DNA of 64,000 nt from Octopus vulgaris (Eukaryota), in the NCBI GenBank assembly GCA_951406725.2, contig OX597839.1:3534001-3598000 (forward strand). The letters run 5' to 3'. How positions within the stretch are numbered: position 1 is the stretch's first letter; every line of letters begins with the position of its first letter. Below are positions 13,854-28,070 of the stretch, piece after piece. The notes beneath the pieces are model-generated. The model made no database searches. It was not told the origin of the DNA and worked only from the letters and a program-made list of their open reading frames with translations. A program made the position numbers and the translations under genes.

Positions 13854-15091
13854 TATATATATATACATATATGGAGGCGCAATGGCCCAGTGGTTAGGGC
13901 AGCGGACTCGCGGTTGTAGGATCGCGGTTTCGATTCCCAGACCGGGCGTTGTGAGTGTTTATTGAGCGAAAACACCTAAAGCTCCACGCGGCTCCCCAGC
14001 GGGGTGGCGTCATTCGAAGGCTAAAACAATGTGAAACGCATTGTGACCAGCGATGTGTAGCAGCATCTGATAGCCTGGTCGGTCACAGAAAAGATCACGG
14101 TGATATATATATACGTGATGAGAATATACTGTACTGGTGTTGGGAAAAGAATGAAATAGATTTCTTGACAGTATGAACATGTTGGCTGGAGGCGTGTCCA
14201 TAACAACGTAATCAACAAACAGGAAACATACTTTGATAAGGCAATATATTAAAGGAGTGTTGCACTTTTATCAAGGGGAAGGTCTCTGAAGAAGTACAAA
14301 GTACTGTACTTTTATTGTTGTTGTTGTTATTGTTCTTGAGATGGCGGCGGCGTCAGTGGTGGTGGTGGTGGTGGTATTTGTTACCTTACTAAGAAGTTCA
14401 ATGCTTTTTGAAAAAGGGGTTGCAGCAGTTAAACTTAGCATTCATAAGCTTTTTATCAAAAGACGGCGGCGAGTTATCAGAATGATTAGGCATGCCGGAC
14501 AAAATGCCGAACGGAATTTTTTCCGGTTTTACGCTTTGAGTTCAAAATGCCACCGAGGATCCACTTGGCTTTTCATCCTTTCGAGGGTCAATGAAATAAG
14601 AACAATCTGAGTACTGGGGTCAATGTAATTGGCTAGTTCCCTCCCATCAAAAACTGCTGGCCTTGTGCTAAAATTAGAAACATCATTTTTTCGTCAGCAG
14701 AGACGGCGAGCTAGCAGAATCGTTAGCACGCCGGGCGAAATGCTTAGCGGTATTTCGTCTGTCGTTACGTTGTAAGTTCAAATTCCGCCGAGGTCGACTT
14801 TGCCTTTCATCCTTTCGGGGTCGATAAATTAAGTACCAGTTAAACACTGGGGCCGATGTAATCGACTTAATCCGTTTGTCTCTCCTTGTTTGTCCCCTCA
14901 GTGTTTAGCCCCTTGTGGGTAGTAAAGAAATCGGTATTACCATTATATATATATAATGCATTACCTCTGGATATCTTTGTTGCTTATTTTGATTATAATC
15001 ACCCCATTTTGAATTATATGGATAATACCATACTAAATTCTGGTGCCTTCAACTTAAGTACCATATTAATCTGAATCTAAATTTTACTGAA

Positions 15092-15129
<38 letters not shown>

Positions 15130-15132
<3 letters not shown>

Positions 15133-15550
15133 TCTCTATATATAAAACTGAAATGCGTTTTTACCGCTTGGATCGCTTTCAATGCCACTACATCCCGTCC
15201 GATTCGCTCCAAAATTTACAGAGACATGTAGAATGAGGTGACGATGCTCGTGGGCTAACTCGTGGGCTAGAAATCCCTAGCTTAAAAGGTGTGGTTGCTA
15301 GGGGCCATCTTCCTCACTCACGCTATTTCCTCCTTTCCCTCTCTTACTCCCCTCCATTTATAACTTTGAGAATGCCACTCCCGTTATTTAATGTATTCCC
15401 CTCAACTCCCTTTCACTTTCCCTTTATAAGTTTTGTCAGGCGGCTTTCTTTGATGTATCTGTTTGCATTCATAGGGAGAATTATCATCGCTACCAAACAA
15501 CACACAATCATGAGAACAAATATTATGAATCAGATATTCTTGCGTTCATT

Positions 15551-15583
<33 letters not shown>

Positions 15584-16094
15584 TCTATATATAAATATGT
15601 ATATATAATGTATGTGTGTGTGTGTGTGTGTGTTCTCTATATAAATATGTATATATAATGTATGTGTGTGTGTGTGCGTTCTATATATAAATATGTATAT
15701 ATAATGTATGTGTGTGTGTGTGTGTGTTCTATATATAAATATGTATATATAATGTATGTGTGTGTGTGTGTGTTCTATATATAAATATGTATATATAATG
15801 TATATATACAAAGTGTATATATCTTTATTTATGTATATTAAACTTTTTCATACTGTTTCATAGTTATATATATTTTTAAACAAATTATAAATATAATTTA
15901 ATAATTTTTATTTTCAATTTAAATAATTTCAATTTTTCAATTTTATATTTTATATATTTTCTATATTATATATTTTTTTAAATGTTTTTGTTTTTGGTTC
16001 TTCACTGTTTGATTTGCCTATTAGTGGTTTTATCTCTAATTTAATTTATACAGATATATATCTCATTTGTATACATTTGTATATATAATGCGTG

Positions 16095-16128
<34 letters not shown>

Positions 16129-17335
16129 CACATATATATATATAATGTGTGCATTACGTAGTCGGTCGATTCAGCTGAAAGTATGCACACCTATGTCAAA
16201 AGTGCTGGCAAGTTTGCATGACAACTATTTTTTTCCCCAAATGAAAGGCGTCACCTCTAGGACAAAATTCCTCATCTTATAAAATGTGGCCCCAGTAGAC
16301 CCGAATGAAATCGGGTTATATTAACCAAAATGTGAAAAGGGGTCTAAATGGGGCTGGAAGGGGATTAAAATTTCAAGGAGCGGGTGTTTACGAATTCTCT
16401 GTTACATCAAGCTAAAAAATTTGCGCCAGCCTTTTAATCGTCAATGTGTTGCCGTCCATGATAAAGAAGTTTTGAATGCTTGCCATGGTGAGTCTACTGT
16501 CGTGAGAAAGAATCACTTCAAAACTTGGTGTTTACGAATTTTCTTTTACATCAAGTTCAAAATTTTACGCCAGCCGTTAAACTGTCACTACCTTGCTGTC
16601 CATCGTTAAGAAATGCCAGCCATGGCGACTCTACTATCCTCAGATTCTATCCCTTCAAACTTTGGTTTCCAATATTTTATTATTTTTATCCAGCTCGCAA
16701 GTTCGTCTGTCCCTTTTAAATGTTAGCGTTTTGCTGTCTGCCTTGAAGCAGACCTTTCCATTGCCACTGCCTCATATTTCTGATTGATCTTTCTAAATAT
16801 TTTATTTCTCAACTTACTCAAGATCTTCTGTTGTTTATAAATGGGAGAGAGAGAGATAAAGATAGAGAGTAAGAGAAAGCGAGGGAGAGTCCGAGAGAAA
16901 AGAAAAGTAAGAGAGTGGGAAAGTGAGAGAGAAAGGAGAGAGAAACAAATACGGAGAATCATCATCATCATCATCGTTTAACGTCCGTTTTCCGTGCTAG
17001 CACGGGTTGGACAGTGTGACCGGGGTCTGGGAAGCCAGGAGGCTGCACCAGGATCCAGTCTGATCTGGCAGTGTTTCTACAGGTGGATGACCTTCCTAAC
17101 GCCAACCACTCTGTGAGTGTAGTGGGTGCTTTTTTCGTGCCGCCGGCACAGGTGCCAGGGGGGCTCGCAGCGGCAACGATCAGTTGGTGCTTTTTACGTG
17201 CCACCGGCACAGAAGCAAGTCAAGGCGGCGCTGCAATCGGCCACGTTCGCATGGTACTTTTTACGTGCTGAAAGGAAGCAACAGAAAGTAACAACCACAC
17301 TCTTACCCGCGCGTAGAGCGGGTCACCTTCAGCTA

Positions 17336-17336
<1 letters not shown>
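15130..17336 (+). mobile_element. Non-autonomous Helitron (with nested insertions)
   Basis: 5' TC..TATATATAAAACTG; 3' GC hairpin ACCCGC..GCGGGT then CTAG. Confidence 0.6.
16970..17270 (-). mobile_element. V-domain-like SINE with (GAT)n tail
   Basis: Family core GGCGTTAGGAAGGGCATCCAGCTGTAGAAAC; copies near 43130-43420, 54270-54540, 55430-55768, 61062-61365. Confidence 0.7.
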
Positions 17337-17388
<52 letters not shown>

Positions 17389-17589
17389 CGTAGGAGTGGC
17401 TGTGTGGTAAGTAGCTTGTTTACGAACCACATAGTTCCGGGTTCAGTCCCACTGCGTGGCACCTTGGGCAAGAGTCTTCTACTATAGCCTCGGGCCGACC
17501 AAAGCCTTGTGAGTGGATTTGGTAGACTATTTCAGGAGGCGGTGGTGGGTGGGGAAGAAATGGAATAACCATGGTAAGAAAGTGTTTGG

Positions 17590-18090
17590 AGATGTGGCCG
17601 GTCTCAAACTTCGGCACCGATGCGAAATTTCTATATAACTCCATCGTTTCACCTACTACAAATTATGCCAGCCAAAAATGGAATACCACAGTGAAGATGG
17701 ATAGAAAACTAAATGTATTCTATCAAAGGTGACACAGAAATATCCCAAGGTTGAATTGGCAGGACTGTGTTACAAATGAGAAGCTTCTGAAAAGAACGAG
17801 GTCGCGATTATTGCAAAAGATTATGGAAGATCCTGAGGTTCAATTGGCAGGACCGTGTCACAAATGAGAAGCTTATGAAAAGACGATATCACGATTGCTG
17901 AAAGCATAATGGAAGATCCCAATATTCAATTGACAAGAACGTGGCGCAAATGGCAAGTTCCTGAAAAGCACGGGGTCACGATTAACGAAAATGATTATGG
18001 AAGGTCCCGAGGTTCAATTGGCAGGACCGTGTCACACATTAGATACTTGTGAAGAGAACGAGTTCACGATTACTGAAAATGGTTGGGGAA
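17590..18090 (+). mobile_element. RTE-type LINE remnant with 4 x ~88-bp internal tandem repeat
   Basis: LYNSIV.P...Y.S..W.TTVKMDRKLNVFYQR...WQD.VTNE.LL. Confidence 0.75.
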
Positions 18091-18426
18091 GAGCGTCGAT
18101 TTGGCCTAGCTGGCCACAAACGCGAGCCCAGAGGTTCTCAACCATTTTTCTACCTATGGACCCTTTAGTTTCAATTTTACTCAGGTGGACCCTCGGGTGT
18201 GATAGTGTTTGTGGTGGTAGTGATGGTGGTGGTGGTGCTTCTGCTGGAGGTGGTGCTGGTGCTGCTGCTGTTGGAGGTGGTGGTAATGAAGAATTGAGGT
18301 GATGTGGTTGTGATGGTGGAAGTTGTTATGGTGGTGGTTGTAGCTGTAGCTGTAGTATACAGGTCTTCATGTTTGCTGTGGATCTAATTGTTGTTGTTGC
18401 TGTTGTCGTCGCCGTCGTTGTTGGTG

Positions 18427-18458
<32 letters not shown>

Positions 18459-19129
18459 GGTGGTGGCGGTGGCGATGGTGATGGTAGTGGTCTTCATGTT
18501 TACTGTTGGTGTAGTTGCTGTGGTTCTGGCCGTTGTTGTTGTGGTGGTGGTTGTGGTGGTGGCAGTGGTGGTGGCGGTGGCGTTGGTGGTGGTGGTGATA
18601 GTCGTATGATGGTGGTGGTGGTGGTGGTGGTGGTGGTGGTGGTGGTGGTGGTGGTGGTGGTGATGATGATGATAGTTGTGGTAGTGGAGGTGGAGGTTGT
18701 GGTGGTGGTGGTGGTGGTGATGATGATGATAGTTGTGGTAGTGGAGGTGGAGGTTGTGGTGGTGGTGGTCGTAGTCGTCGTCGTTGTTATTGTTGTTATT
18801 GCTGTTGTTGCTGTACCTGAACGTGCCTTGTAAGAAATGTTTCCGATCAACCTAAATTGTACTTTAGAAGAAGATAGCAACAACAAAAATAAAAGTACAA
18901 CCGACATAACTGTCGAGTTAGGGTTGGCACGCCTCTATCTTATCAATCACAGCTACATTACCACCTTAACACACATCACTGCTCAGTAAAGCTTCTACAT
19001 GTCCACTCAGCCCGACAGAAATAGTAGCCAAACCTTCGTCAAATCGTAGACTAAACCTTAATTTTAGGAATCATACATTTGTCTATATAGGCATATATTC
19101 ATATATTCATACAGAGATATATGATGATG

Positions 19130-19511
19130 GAAGCACTCCGTCGGTTACGACGATGAGGGTTCCGGTTGATCCGAATCAACGGAACAGCCTGCTCGTGAAA
19201 TTAACGTCTAAGTGGCTGAGCACTCCACAGGCACGTGTACCCTTAACGTAGTTCTCGGGGATATTCAGCGTGACACAGAGAGTGACAAGGCCGGCCCTTT
19301 GAAATACAGGCACAACAGAAACAGGAAGTAAGAGTGAGAGAAAGTTGTGGTGAAAGAGTACAGCAGGGATCACCACCATCCCCTGCCGGAGCCTCGTGGA
19401 GCTTTAGTTGTTTTCGCTCAATAAACACTCACAACGCCCGGTCTGGGAATCGAAACCGCGATCCTATGACCGCAAGTCCGCTGCCCTAACCACTGGGCCA
19501 TTGCGCCTCCA
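19130..19511 (-). mobile_element. Full-length tRNA-derived SINE (family B)
   Basis: Head GGAGGCGCAATGGCCCAGTGG...GGTTTCGATTCCC (A/B boxes); related heads near 13873, 36160, 54915. Confidence 0.85.
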
Positions 19512-19514
19512 CAC

Positions 19515-20195
19515 AGAGATATATACATACATACACACATACGCACATACATATATGCATACGTACATACAGGCACACCCACATACAGAAATACATGCAT
19601 GCATACATACATACATACACATACATACACACATACACATATACATACGTACATACAGGCACACCCACATAAGAAATACATGCATACATACAAACACACT
19701 CATACATACACACATACACATATACATATGTACATACAGGCACACCCACATAAAAATACATACATACACACATACATATACATATACATACGTACATACA
19801 GGCACACCCATATACAGATATACATGCATACATACATGCATGCATACATACATGCATACATGCATGCATGCATACATGCATACACACACATACACATATA
19901 CATACATACACACAGCACACCCACATACAGAAATACATGCATACATACATACATACACGCATGCATACACATATACATACGTACATACATCACACCCACA
20001 TACATAAATACATACATACAGGCACACATACAAACACACATACATACACATATATATATATGCATACATACAGGCACATCCACATACATAAATACATGCA
20101 TACATATATACATACATACATATATACATACATACATACATACATACATACATACATACATACATACATACATACATACACACACACATACACAC
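19515..20195. repeat. Compound (TACA)/(CA) microsatellite
   Basis: Direct; other large simple repeats near 1683-1897 and 3008-3232 (TA), 4700-5110 and 18200-18810 (CAC/GGT), 51270-51775 (CA), 51880-52410 (CT), 55975-56420 (TATC). Confidence 0.95.
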
Positions 20196-21612
20196 TAGAT
20201 ATGGTGATTTTCGCTGATCAAGAGAGGTGGTCACTGTGAGGTAATTACTACGCAAACTTTGCGCCATCTGGTGGCTGTACATTTGAATTGAAAAACCTTG
20301 GATTTTCTGGTTTGTGGAATCAGTCCAAGAGGAACTTCCTCTAATGACGACAGTTCGACAATACATCTGATTTTCGTTTGAATGGTATCGTTGCTTAAAA
20401 TTTTGCCCCAAATAAACTCTAATTCAATAGAATTATGATGAAATGCATTCCGGCCAATGAGCATCTCGTCTTTTTGGATGTCGAGGACTACAAAGGCAGC
20501 AATCACAACAAAAACAACTCCAATAACAACGACAACTGCAGCAACAATAACAAGAAAAACAGCAATTAACAATAATTTCTAAAGCAATAACCTGAGACAG
20601 CGAGGAAGTTGTAACGTGCTCACTCGATCAGCTAGAAATAGCAGCGAAACTTCTCAAATCTTACTGTGTTAAGAAAGAGCGGTCCCATTATACAATATGC
20701 ACCTCCGTGCATTACGTTTGGAGAATTGACGATGTGGTCGTGTTTGGAATGTCTTTGAACATTAATCTGCTCAATCAGGCTTAACGAACTAACAACAACA
20801 AATGAACAAAGTGAAAGCTTTAACGTTAGAAATAGCAGTCAGATCTAATATTATTTAATCAACCCCGAAAGGATGAAAGGCAAAGTCGACCTCGGCGTAA
20901 TTTGAACTCAGAACGTAGCGGCAGACAAAATACCGCTAAGCATTTCGCCCGGCGTGCTAACGTTTCTGCCAGCTCGCATCCTTACAAGATCTCCCTAATC
21001 TTTTCTACTCTATGCACAAGGCCCGAAATTTTGGGGGAGGAGCTAGTCGATTAGATCAACCCCAGTATACGACTGGTACTTAATTTATCGCCATCGGTGG
21101 AATTTGAACTCAGAACGTAGCGGCAGACGAAATACCTATTTCTTTACTACCCACAAGGGGCTAAACACAGAGGGGACAAACAAGGACAGACAAATGGATT
21201 AAGTCGATTATGTCGACACCATTGACTGGTACATATTTAATCGACCCCGAAAGGATGAAAGGCAAAGTCGACCTCGGTTGAATTTGAACTCAGAACGTAA
21301 CGGCAGACGAAATACATATTTCTTTACTACCCACAAGGGGCTAAACACAGAGGCGACGAACAAAGACAGACAAACGGATTAAGTCGATTACATCGACCCC
21401 AGTGCGTAACTGGCACTTAATTTATTGACTCCGAAAGGATGAAAGGCAAAGTCGACCTCGGCGGAATTTGAACTCAGAACGTAACGGCAGACGAAATACC
21501 TACCGCCAAGCATTTCGCCCGGCGTGCTAACGTTTCTGCCAGCTCGCCGCCTTATAACAATCATAATAATAACAGCAACAACACAAACACCAATAGCAAT
21601 AACCGCACTCAC

Positions 21613-21867
21613 TTTTACATCTGGTTCCATTCTCAATATTACGAGTATGTAAAGAGTCTGGTCTTCGAAAAGTATCCTGGCATTCATAATGTCCGAAATC
21701 CAACTGAGGTGAAGTAGTTTACCCACCGTATCGATAAGATCAATAGCATTAGAAATAATCACGGGACATTTTTGCCGCAAGTGTTTTTTTAGGGCTCTCA
21801 CTCGACAATTTCCGTTCAGATAAATTATTTCATTTTGACAATGTAACACCGAGACAAACATTTCCAT
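21613..21867 (-). CDS. First coding exon of a CXorf65/C22orf15-like gene (copy 2)
   Basis: 64/83 aa identical to copy 1 (hand count), many synonymous changes, same donor position; start at 21867 (MEMF) or 21861 (MF). Confidence 0.72.
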
Positions 21868-22026
21868 TGAACTTCGAGAGTATTATGGACATACTGTTTA
21901 TTACAGCTCTCTTTCAAATAATTAAAAGCCAAGGTGAAAGGATATTTTGTTTTCTTTTTTCTTCTCGAGGTTTATTTATTTATTTTTTATATTTTTTCGA
22001 TTTCCTCTCCATCTTAGTAAGTTTTG

Positions 22027-22055
22027 TGACGTCATAAGGCTTCTTTGTTACGTAA
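22027..22055. promoter_or_regulatory. CRE (TGACGTCA) + PAR/CEBP-type site (TTACGTAA) upstream of CXorf65-like copy 2
   Basis: Sites start 21 bp apart in both paralogues. Confidence 0.6.
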
Positions 22056-22305
22056 TCATTCGGACACTGTTCTTTCATTCTTTTATTCTTTTGCCTGTTT
22101 CAGTCAATTTGACTGCGGCCATGCTGGAGCACCGCCTTTAGTCGGGCAAATCGACACCTAGGACTTAATTCTTTGTAAGCCTAGTACTTATTCCATCGTT
22201 ATCTTTTGCCGAACCGCTAATGTAACGGGGACGTAAACACACCAGTATCGGTTGTCAAGCGATGTTGGGGTGACAAGCACAGACACACAAACACATGCAC
22301 GCACA

Positions 22306-22363
<58 letters not shown>

Positions 22364-22654
22364 TATATATATATATATACATATATACGACGGGTTTTTC
22401 AGTTTCTGTCTACCAAATCCACTCACAAGGCTTTTGTCGGCCCGAGGCTATAGTAGAAGACACTTGCCCAAGGTGCCATGCAATGGGACTGAACCCGGAA
22501 CCATGTGTTTGGTAAGCAAGCTACTTACCACACAGTCACTCCTGCGCCTATAGTAATCGTAACTTTTGATTATCAAACTTTTTAAAAGTTAAAGTTACAT
22601 GGATGGCTAAGGCGGCTGATTTTTTATTGCTCTCAAGAGACCAACATAGAGGGA

Positions 22655-22704
<50 letters not shown>

Positions 22705-22953
22705 TATCCTTCGTAGAGTAGATGAAACCATAGCGACTGAAGAAGGGGTTTTTTCTTTGTGTTAATTGTCCTGTACTCCATTTTTTGTTGTTTTTAAAAA
22801 ATGTCCAGTTCCTTTGGTTTGTGTCTATGTTTTCGTTTCTCTTTGTGTTCGACGTCCCTTTGGTGTCCTGTACTCATATATGCGTGTATATGTACATGTA
22901 GAGGTAGGTACGTACATATATGTTTATATATATGTATATGTTTTATTTCATTT

Positions 22954-23004
<51 letters not shown>

Positions 23005-23970
23005 CAGGCATCTTTCAGTTTCCGTCAACCAAATCCACTCACAAGGCTTTGACCAACTCGAGACTATAGAAGAAGACACTTGTCTATAAGTGTTCTAAGT
23101 GTATTATTAACAAAATTGTAAATAATAAACGGAGACGTACTTGCATAGCAAGTGACTTGATCTGAGATCGTGTGCTGGAACGAAAGCAATTGCTGCGTGG
23201 AAGGTGTTTATAAGCCATTTAAAAACACACAAAAGCCGTTAGATTCTCTTCAACATTTAAATTTAATTTACCAAAATATTTTCGTCGCTTTGAGACGCTT
23301 TGTGTGTGTTTTAAATGGCTTATAAGCATCTTCCACGCTGCAATTGTTTGTAAATAATAAACGTTTAATCAATGTATATGAACAAGTTTTATTATCTTTT
23401 TAATTCATCTTTTATCTCCTTAAACTATTGTATAAAGCAAATCATATCTGTCAAATAAGTGAAATGGCATTAGTTAGCAAATAGCTGTGGAAGTTATCTT
23501 TTATCTTTTACATGCCACAGATCAAAACCTGTGGCCATGCTGGAGCAACGCTGTTTTGTTGTTTTTTCGTTTTATTCATTTATTGTTATTAGGGTTAAAT
23601 GCTTATCGGTATTATGAAAGTAAACAGACACATTGGTAGAAAGGAATGTAGATACAATAATTATTTAGACGGACAGACAGACAGACTGAGAGATACGACA
23701 GGCAGGAAGGTAAGTAGGTAGATAAGTAGGTAGGTAGGCAGGCAGGTATGTATGTATGTATGTATGTATGTATGTATGTATGTATGTATGAAGGTATGTA
23801 GGTAGATAAGTAGGTAGGTAGGTAGGTAGGTAGGTATGTAGGTAGGTAGGTAGGTAAGCCTACCGATATACCAAAAGTTATCGGCAAATAGAAATATATT
23901 AACAGATATACAAACAGATAGATCACTGAACTGAAGTGAAATTAAAAGAAATGAAGGCGTAACTTCGGTA

Positions 23971-25600
23971 TAAGTAGAAGATGCTTGCCCAAGCTGCCAT
24001 GCAGTGGGACTGAACCCGGAACCATGTGGTTGGGAAGCGAGCTTCTTACCACACAGCCACATAGTAGAAGACGCTTGCCCAAGGTGCCATGCAGTGGGAC
24101 TGAACCCGGAACCATGTAGTTGGAAAGCGAGCTTCTTACTACACAGCCCCATAGTAGAAGATGCTTGCCCAAGGTGCCATGCAGTGGGACTGAACCCGGA
24201 ACCATGTAGTTGGAAAGCGAGCTTCTTACCACACAGCCCCATAGTAGAAGACGCTTGCCCAAGGTGCCATGCAGTGGGACTGAACCCGGAACCATGTGGT
24301 TGGAAAGCGAGCTTCTTACCACACAGCCCCATAGTAGAAGATGCTTGCCAAAGGTGCCATGCAGTGTGACTGAACCCGGAACCATGTGGTTGGAAAGTGA
24401 GCTTCTTACCACACAGCCCCATAGTAGAAGATGCTTGCCCAAGGTGCCATGCAGTGGGACTGAACCCGGAACCTTGTAGTTGGAAAGCGAGCTTCTTACC
24501 ACACAGCCACATAGTAGAAGACGCTTGCCCAAGGTGCCATGCAGTGGGACTGAACCCGGAACCATGTGGTTGGAAAGCGAGCTTCTTACCACACAGCCCC
24601 ATAGTAGAAGACGCTTGCCCAAGGTGCCATGCAGTGGGACTGAACCCGGAACCATGTGGTTGGAAAGCGAGCTTCTTACCACACAGCCACATAGTAGAAG
24701 ACGCTTGCCGATGATGCCATGCAGTGGGACTGAACCCGGAACCATGTAGTTGGAAAGCGAGCTTCTTACCACACAGCCCCATAGTAGAAGATGCTTGCCC
24801 AAGGTGCCATGCAGTGGGACTGAACCCGGAACCATGTGGTTGGAAAGCGAGCTTCTTACCACACAGCCCCATAGTAGAAGATGCTTGCCCAAGGTGCCAT
24901 GCAGTGGGACTGAACCCGGAACCATGTGGTTGGAAAGCGAGCTTCTTACCACACAGCCACATAGTAGAAGACGCTTGCCCAAGGTGCCATGCAGTGGGAC
25001 TGAACCCGGAACCATGTGGTTGGAAAGCGAGCTTCTTACCACACAGCCACATAGTAGAAGACGCTTGCCCAAGGTGCCATGCAGTGGGACTGAACCCGGA
25101 ACCATGTGGCTGGAAAGCGAGCTTCTTACCACACAGCCCCATAGTAGAAGACGCTTGCCGAAGATGCCATGCAGTGGGACTGAACCCGGAACCATGTGGT
25201 TGGGAAGCGAGCTACATACCACACAGCCACATAGTAGAAGACGTTTACCCAAGTGCCATGCAGTGTGACTGAACCCGGAACCATGTGGTTGGAAAGTGAG
25301 CTTCTTACCACACAGCCCCATAGTAGAAGACGCTTGCCCAAGGTGCCATGCAGTGGGACTGAACTCGGAACCATGTGGTTGGAAAACGAGCTTCTTACCA
25401 CACAGCCACATAGTAGAAGACGTTTACTCAAGGTGCCATGCAGTGTGACTGAACCCGGAACCATGTGGTTGGAGAGCGAGCTTCTTACCACACAGCCACA
25501 TAGTAGAAGACGCTTGTCCCAAGGTGCCATGCAGTGGGACTGAACCCGGAACCATGTGGTTGGGAAGCAAGCCTCTTAGCACACAGCCACTCCTGCGTCT
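23971..25600 (-). repeat. Tandem array, 18 x 90 bp, of the family A SINE head
   Basis: ATAGTAGAAG recurs every 90 bp; native SINE 5' end at ~25600. Confidence 0.97.
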
Positions 25601-27711
25601 AAGTATTTTCTGTGATCACATATAATGCCTATTTCATACATATTTAAATTAGTTCATGTTTTATATCTCTGTTTATACATGTATGACACATAGAGTTTGC
25701 ATAGTCCCGTCTGCATGTGGAATATTTGCGTCTAATTCAAAGATTAGGCTCATTCTTTTTCTTAAATAAATATCATAATCATATCAAGCATATTCTGTAT
25801 GTATTCATTTACTTTGTAAATGCATAATTAAGATTGTAAATAATGAACATTTAATAAATATATATGAATAAGTTTTATCTTTTTAATTCGTCTTTTATTT
25901 CCGTAAACTAAAACACACATAATATTTGTCAAGCGTTTGAAAAGAAGGTAAATAAGTAATGCTTTCGAAATTCATTTAAATAATATATTCGATGTAACCT
26001 ATTTCTAATAAATGCCTCTTTCAAAATTTCTATTCTGTTATTCACCCATTAAGTTGTGCAGGTTGAACTATGTAAAACACTGGAGAAAGAAACCTGTCTT
26101 CTTGCAATACAGACCAAAACATACATCTACGTACGAAGAAGAAACAATTAAGAGAAAATGCCAAAATATCAGGAAAACAAGAAAATTGCATGTAAAAGTA
26201 TTGTTTTGATTAAATGGTAGGATATCAAAAGAAATGATTTGCGACATTTCGTCTGTTTTTGCGTTCTGAGTTCAAATTCTTCCGCGGACGATTTTGCCTT
26301 TCATTTTTTCGGGGTCGATAAAATAAGTGCCAGTTGAGCACTGGGGTCGATCTAATCGACTTAACCCCTTCCCCGAACTTGCAGGCCTTGTTTCAAAATT
26401 TGAAACCAAAGTTACATTTTACTTTAGATGTGTGTATTGGTGTGTATTGCAAGAAACAGCCAGGTCTCTTTCTCTAACATTTTACGTAGTTCAACCCACC
26501 CAAGTTAATGTGTGAACAACAAAATAGGAATTTTGAAAGGAGTTTCTATAAAACTGGTTTTTAAACATCGATGGGCTATGGGAGGTGCACCAGCATAAAA
26601 TAGTAATCAAAGGGGCCCATAGATAAAAAGTGGTTGACAGCCTGAAAAAATTTTGCTTTAGATGTATGTTTTTGGTCTGTATTGCAAGGAACAGTTAGGT
26701 TTCTTTCTCTAACATTTTACATCGTTCAACCTGCACAAGTTAATGGGTGAATAACAACATATTTTGAAAGAGGTATCTATAAAACTAGTTTATAAACGTC
26801 GAATGGCTATAGGGGTCCATCGGAATAAAACGGTAATCAAAGGGGTCCATAGATAAGAAATGTTTGAGAACCCCTGCTCTAGAGGATGTATCGTAGTTAC
26901 CAAATGGCAATTGGGATCAGCTACACTTGAGAAATGGAACTAATGATACGATTCAAAGATTCTCCAAAATTGATATGGCATTAAGGAAAATGACTGATTT
27001 ATTGCCTGGTTATAAGAGGACAACCATAGACACGTGTTTTTAGCTCAAAAGGTGCCTTCAGCACAACAATTGTCCGTCCTTGTATCTAGTAGCCAGTTCT
27101 CATTTTTGTTCAAATTATGCAAATTAAACAGGCCATAAATGTGTTCTGCTTAATTTTGTATGCATAATTCCTTCGGGTACTGGAAGTAAGACAGAACAAC
27201 GTCGTGCTGATAACAGCTATTGCGGTAGAAACACGTATGCTACACTGTCTTCTTATATTCAGACAGAAAGCCTGTCTTTTACCTTAATGCTATGTCAATT
27301 TTGGAGAGTTCTTGAATTTTGAGATTATCTACCCTTCTTAAAAGGAGATAGTCATAATTGCCCTTTGGTAATCGTCATAAACCCTTCAGAGGCGGAAAAG
27401 ATTTTAATAAAAGCTTTTATGCCGTATGGTATTGATGTACCTTCAGTAATTATACTGGAGAACAACCCTCCCTTTCTACCGTTATCTTCCTCTACATGCA
27501 GTACTTGAAGTAGTTGATAGGGCTTTGGTCGCGGGATAAAAGATCTCGTACTTTATGCTTCTCTATCTTGACCTGACTACCGTGTTATCATTTCTGTTGT
27601 AGCCAACAAACAAAGGGAGAAGTTAGTTGTTATTTATTGCCAAAGAGAAATAACAAAGTGTTTTCCACAAGGTGGGTGCCTGGTATGAAAACTGCACCCA
27701 TGCTGTATACA

Positions 27712-28070
27712 TACGAGGTACATTCCAGAAGTTTGGGACTCATTTAGGAGGGGCAGAATTTTGGTATATCATTAATATGCATCTAAGATAACCTGCCAAC
27801 GTTTCTTATTTCTTTACTGCCCAAAAGCGACTACACACAGAGGGGACAAACAAGGACAGACAAACGGATTAAGTCGATTATATTGACCCCAGTGCGTAAC
27901 TGGTACTTATTTAAGCGGCCCCGAAAGGATAAAAGGCAAAGTCGACCTCGGCGGAATTTGAACTCAGAAGGTAACGGCAGACGAAATACTGCTAAGCATT
28001 TCGCCCGGCGTGAAATTAATAAACGTCTCTCACGAAAAAAGTCTGAAAACTTCTGGAATGTACCTTGTAT
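27712..28070. mobile_element. Mariner-type MITE carrying a family C SINE
   Basis: TIR TACGAGGTACATTCCAGAAGTTT / AAACTTCTGGAATGTACCTTGTA. Confidence 0.7.

Noticed and set aside
13873-13945. tRNA-like sequence (also near 19440-19511, 36246-36320, 40140-40220)
   Set aside because: Continues into SINE bodies in multiple copies and lacks a proper acceptor stem; treated as SINE heads, not tRNA genes
18818-18865. ~45-nt exon-like segment on the minus strand as exon 2 of CXorf65-like copy 2
   Set aside because: Stop codon in phase 0, which is the phase required by the exon 1 donor; no counterpart near copy 1
19408-20411. Many YIYI/CVCV/HTHT ORFs here and throughout the track
   Set aside because: Translations of microsatellites
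22705-22960. CTGAAGAAGGGG / GAAAC motifs in a (TA)n-flanked family (also near 38270-38500, 53220-53480) as hammerheads
   Set aside because: Probably PLE-related, but I could not assemble consistent stems I-III in any single copy
23661-25543. 493-aa and 489-aa ORFs with 30-aa repeats
   Set aside because: By-product of a 90-bp SINE-head array; several frames on both strands are open
23971-25600. CRISPR-like appearance of the regular arrays (also 47785-49672)
   Set aside because: No unique spacers, eukaryotic context, units derive from dispersed SINEs
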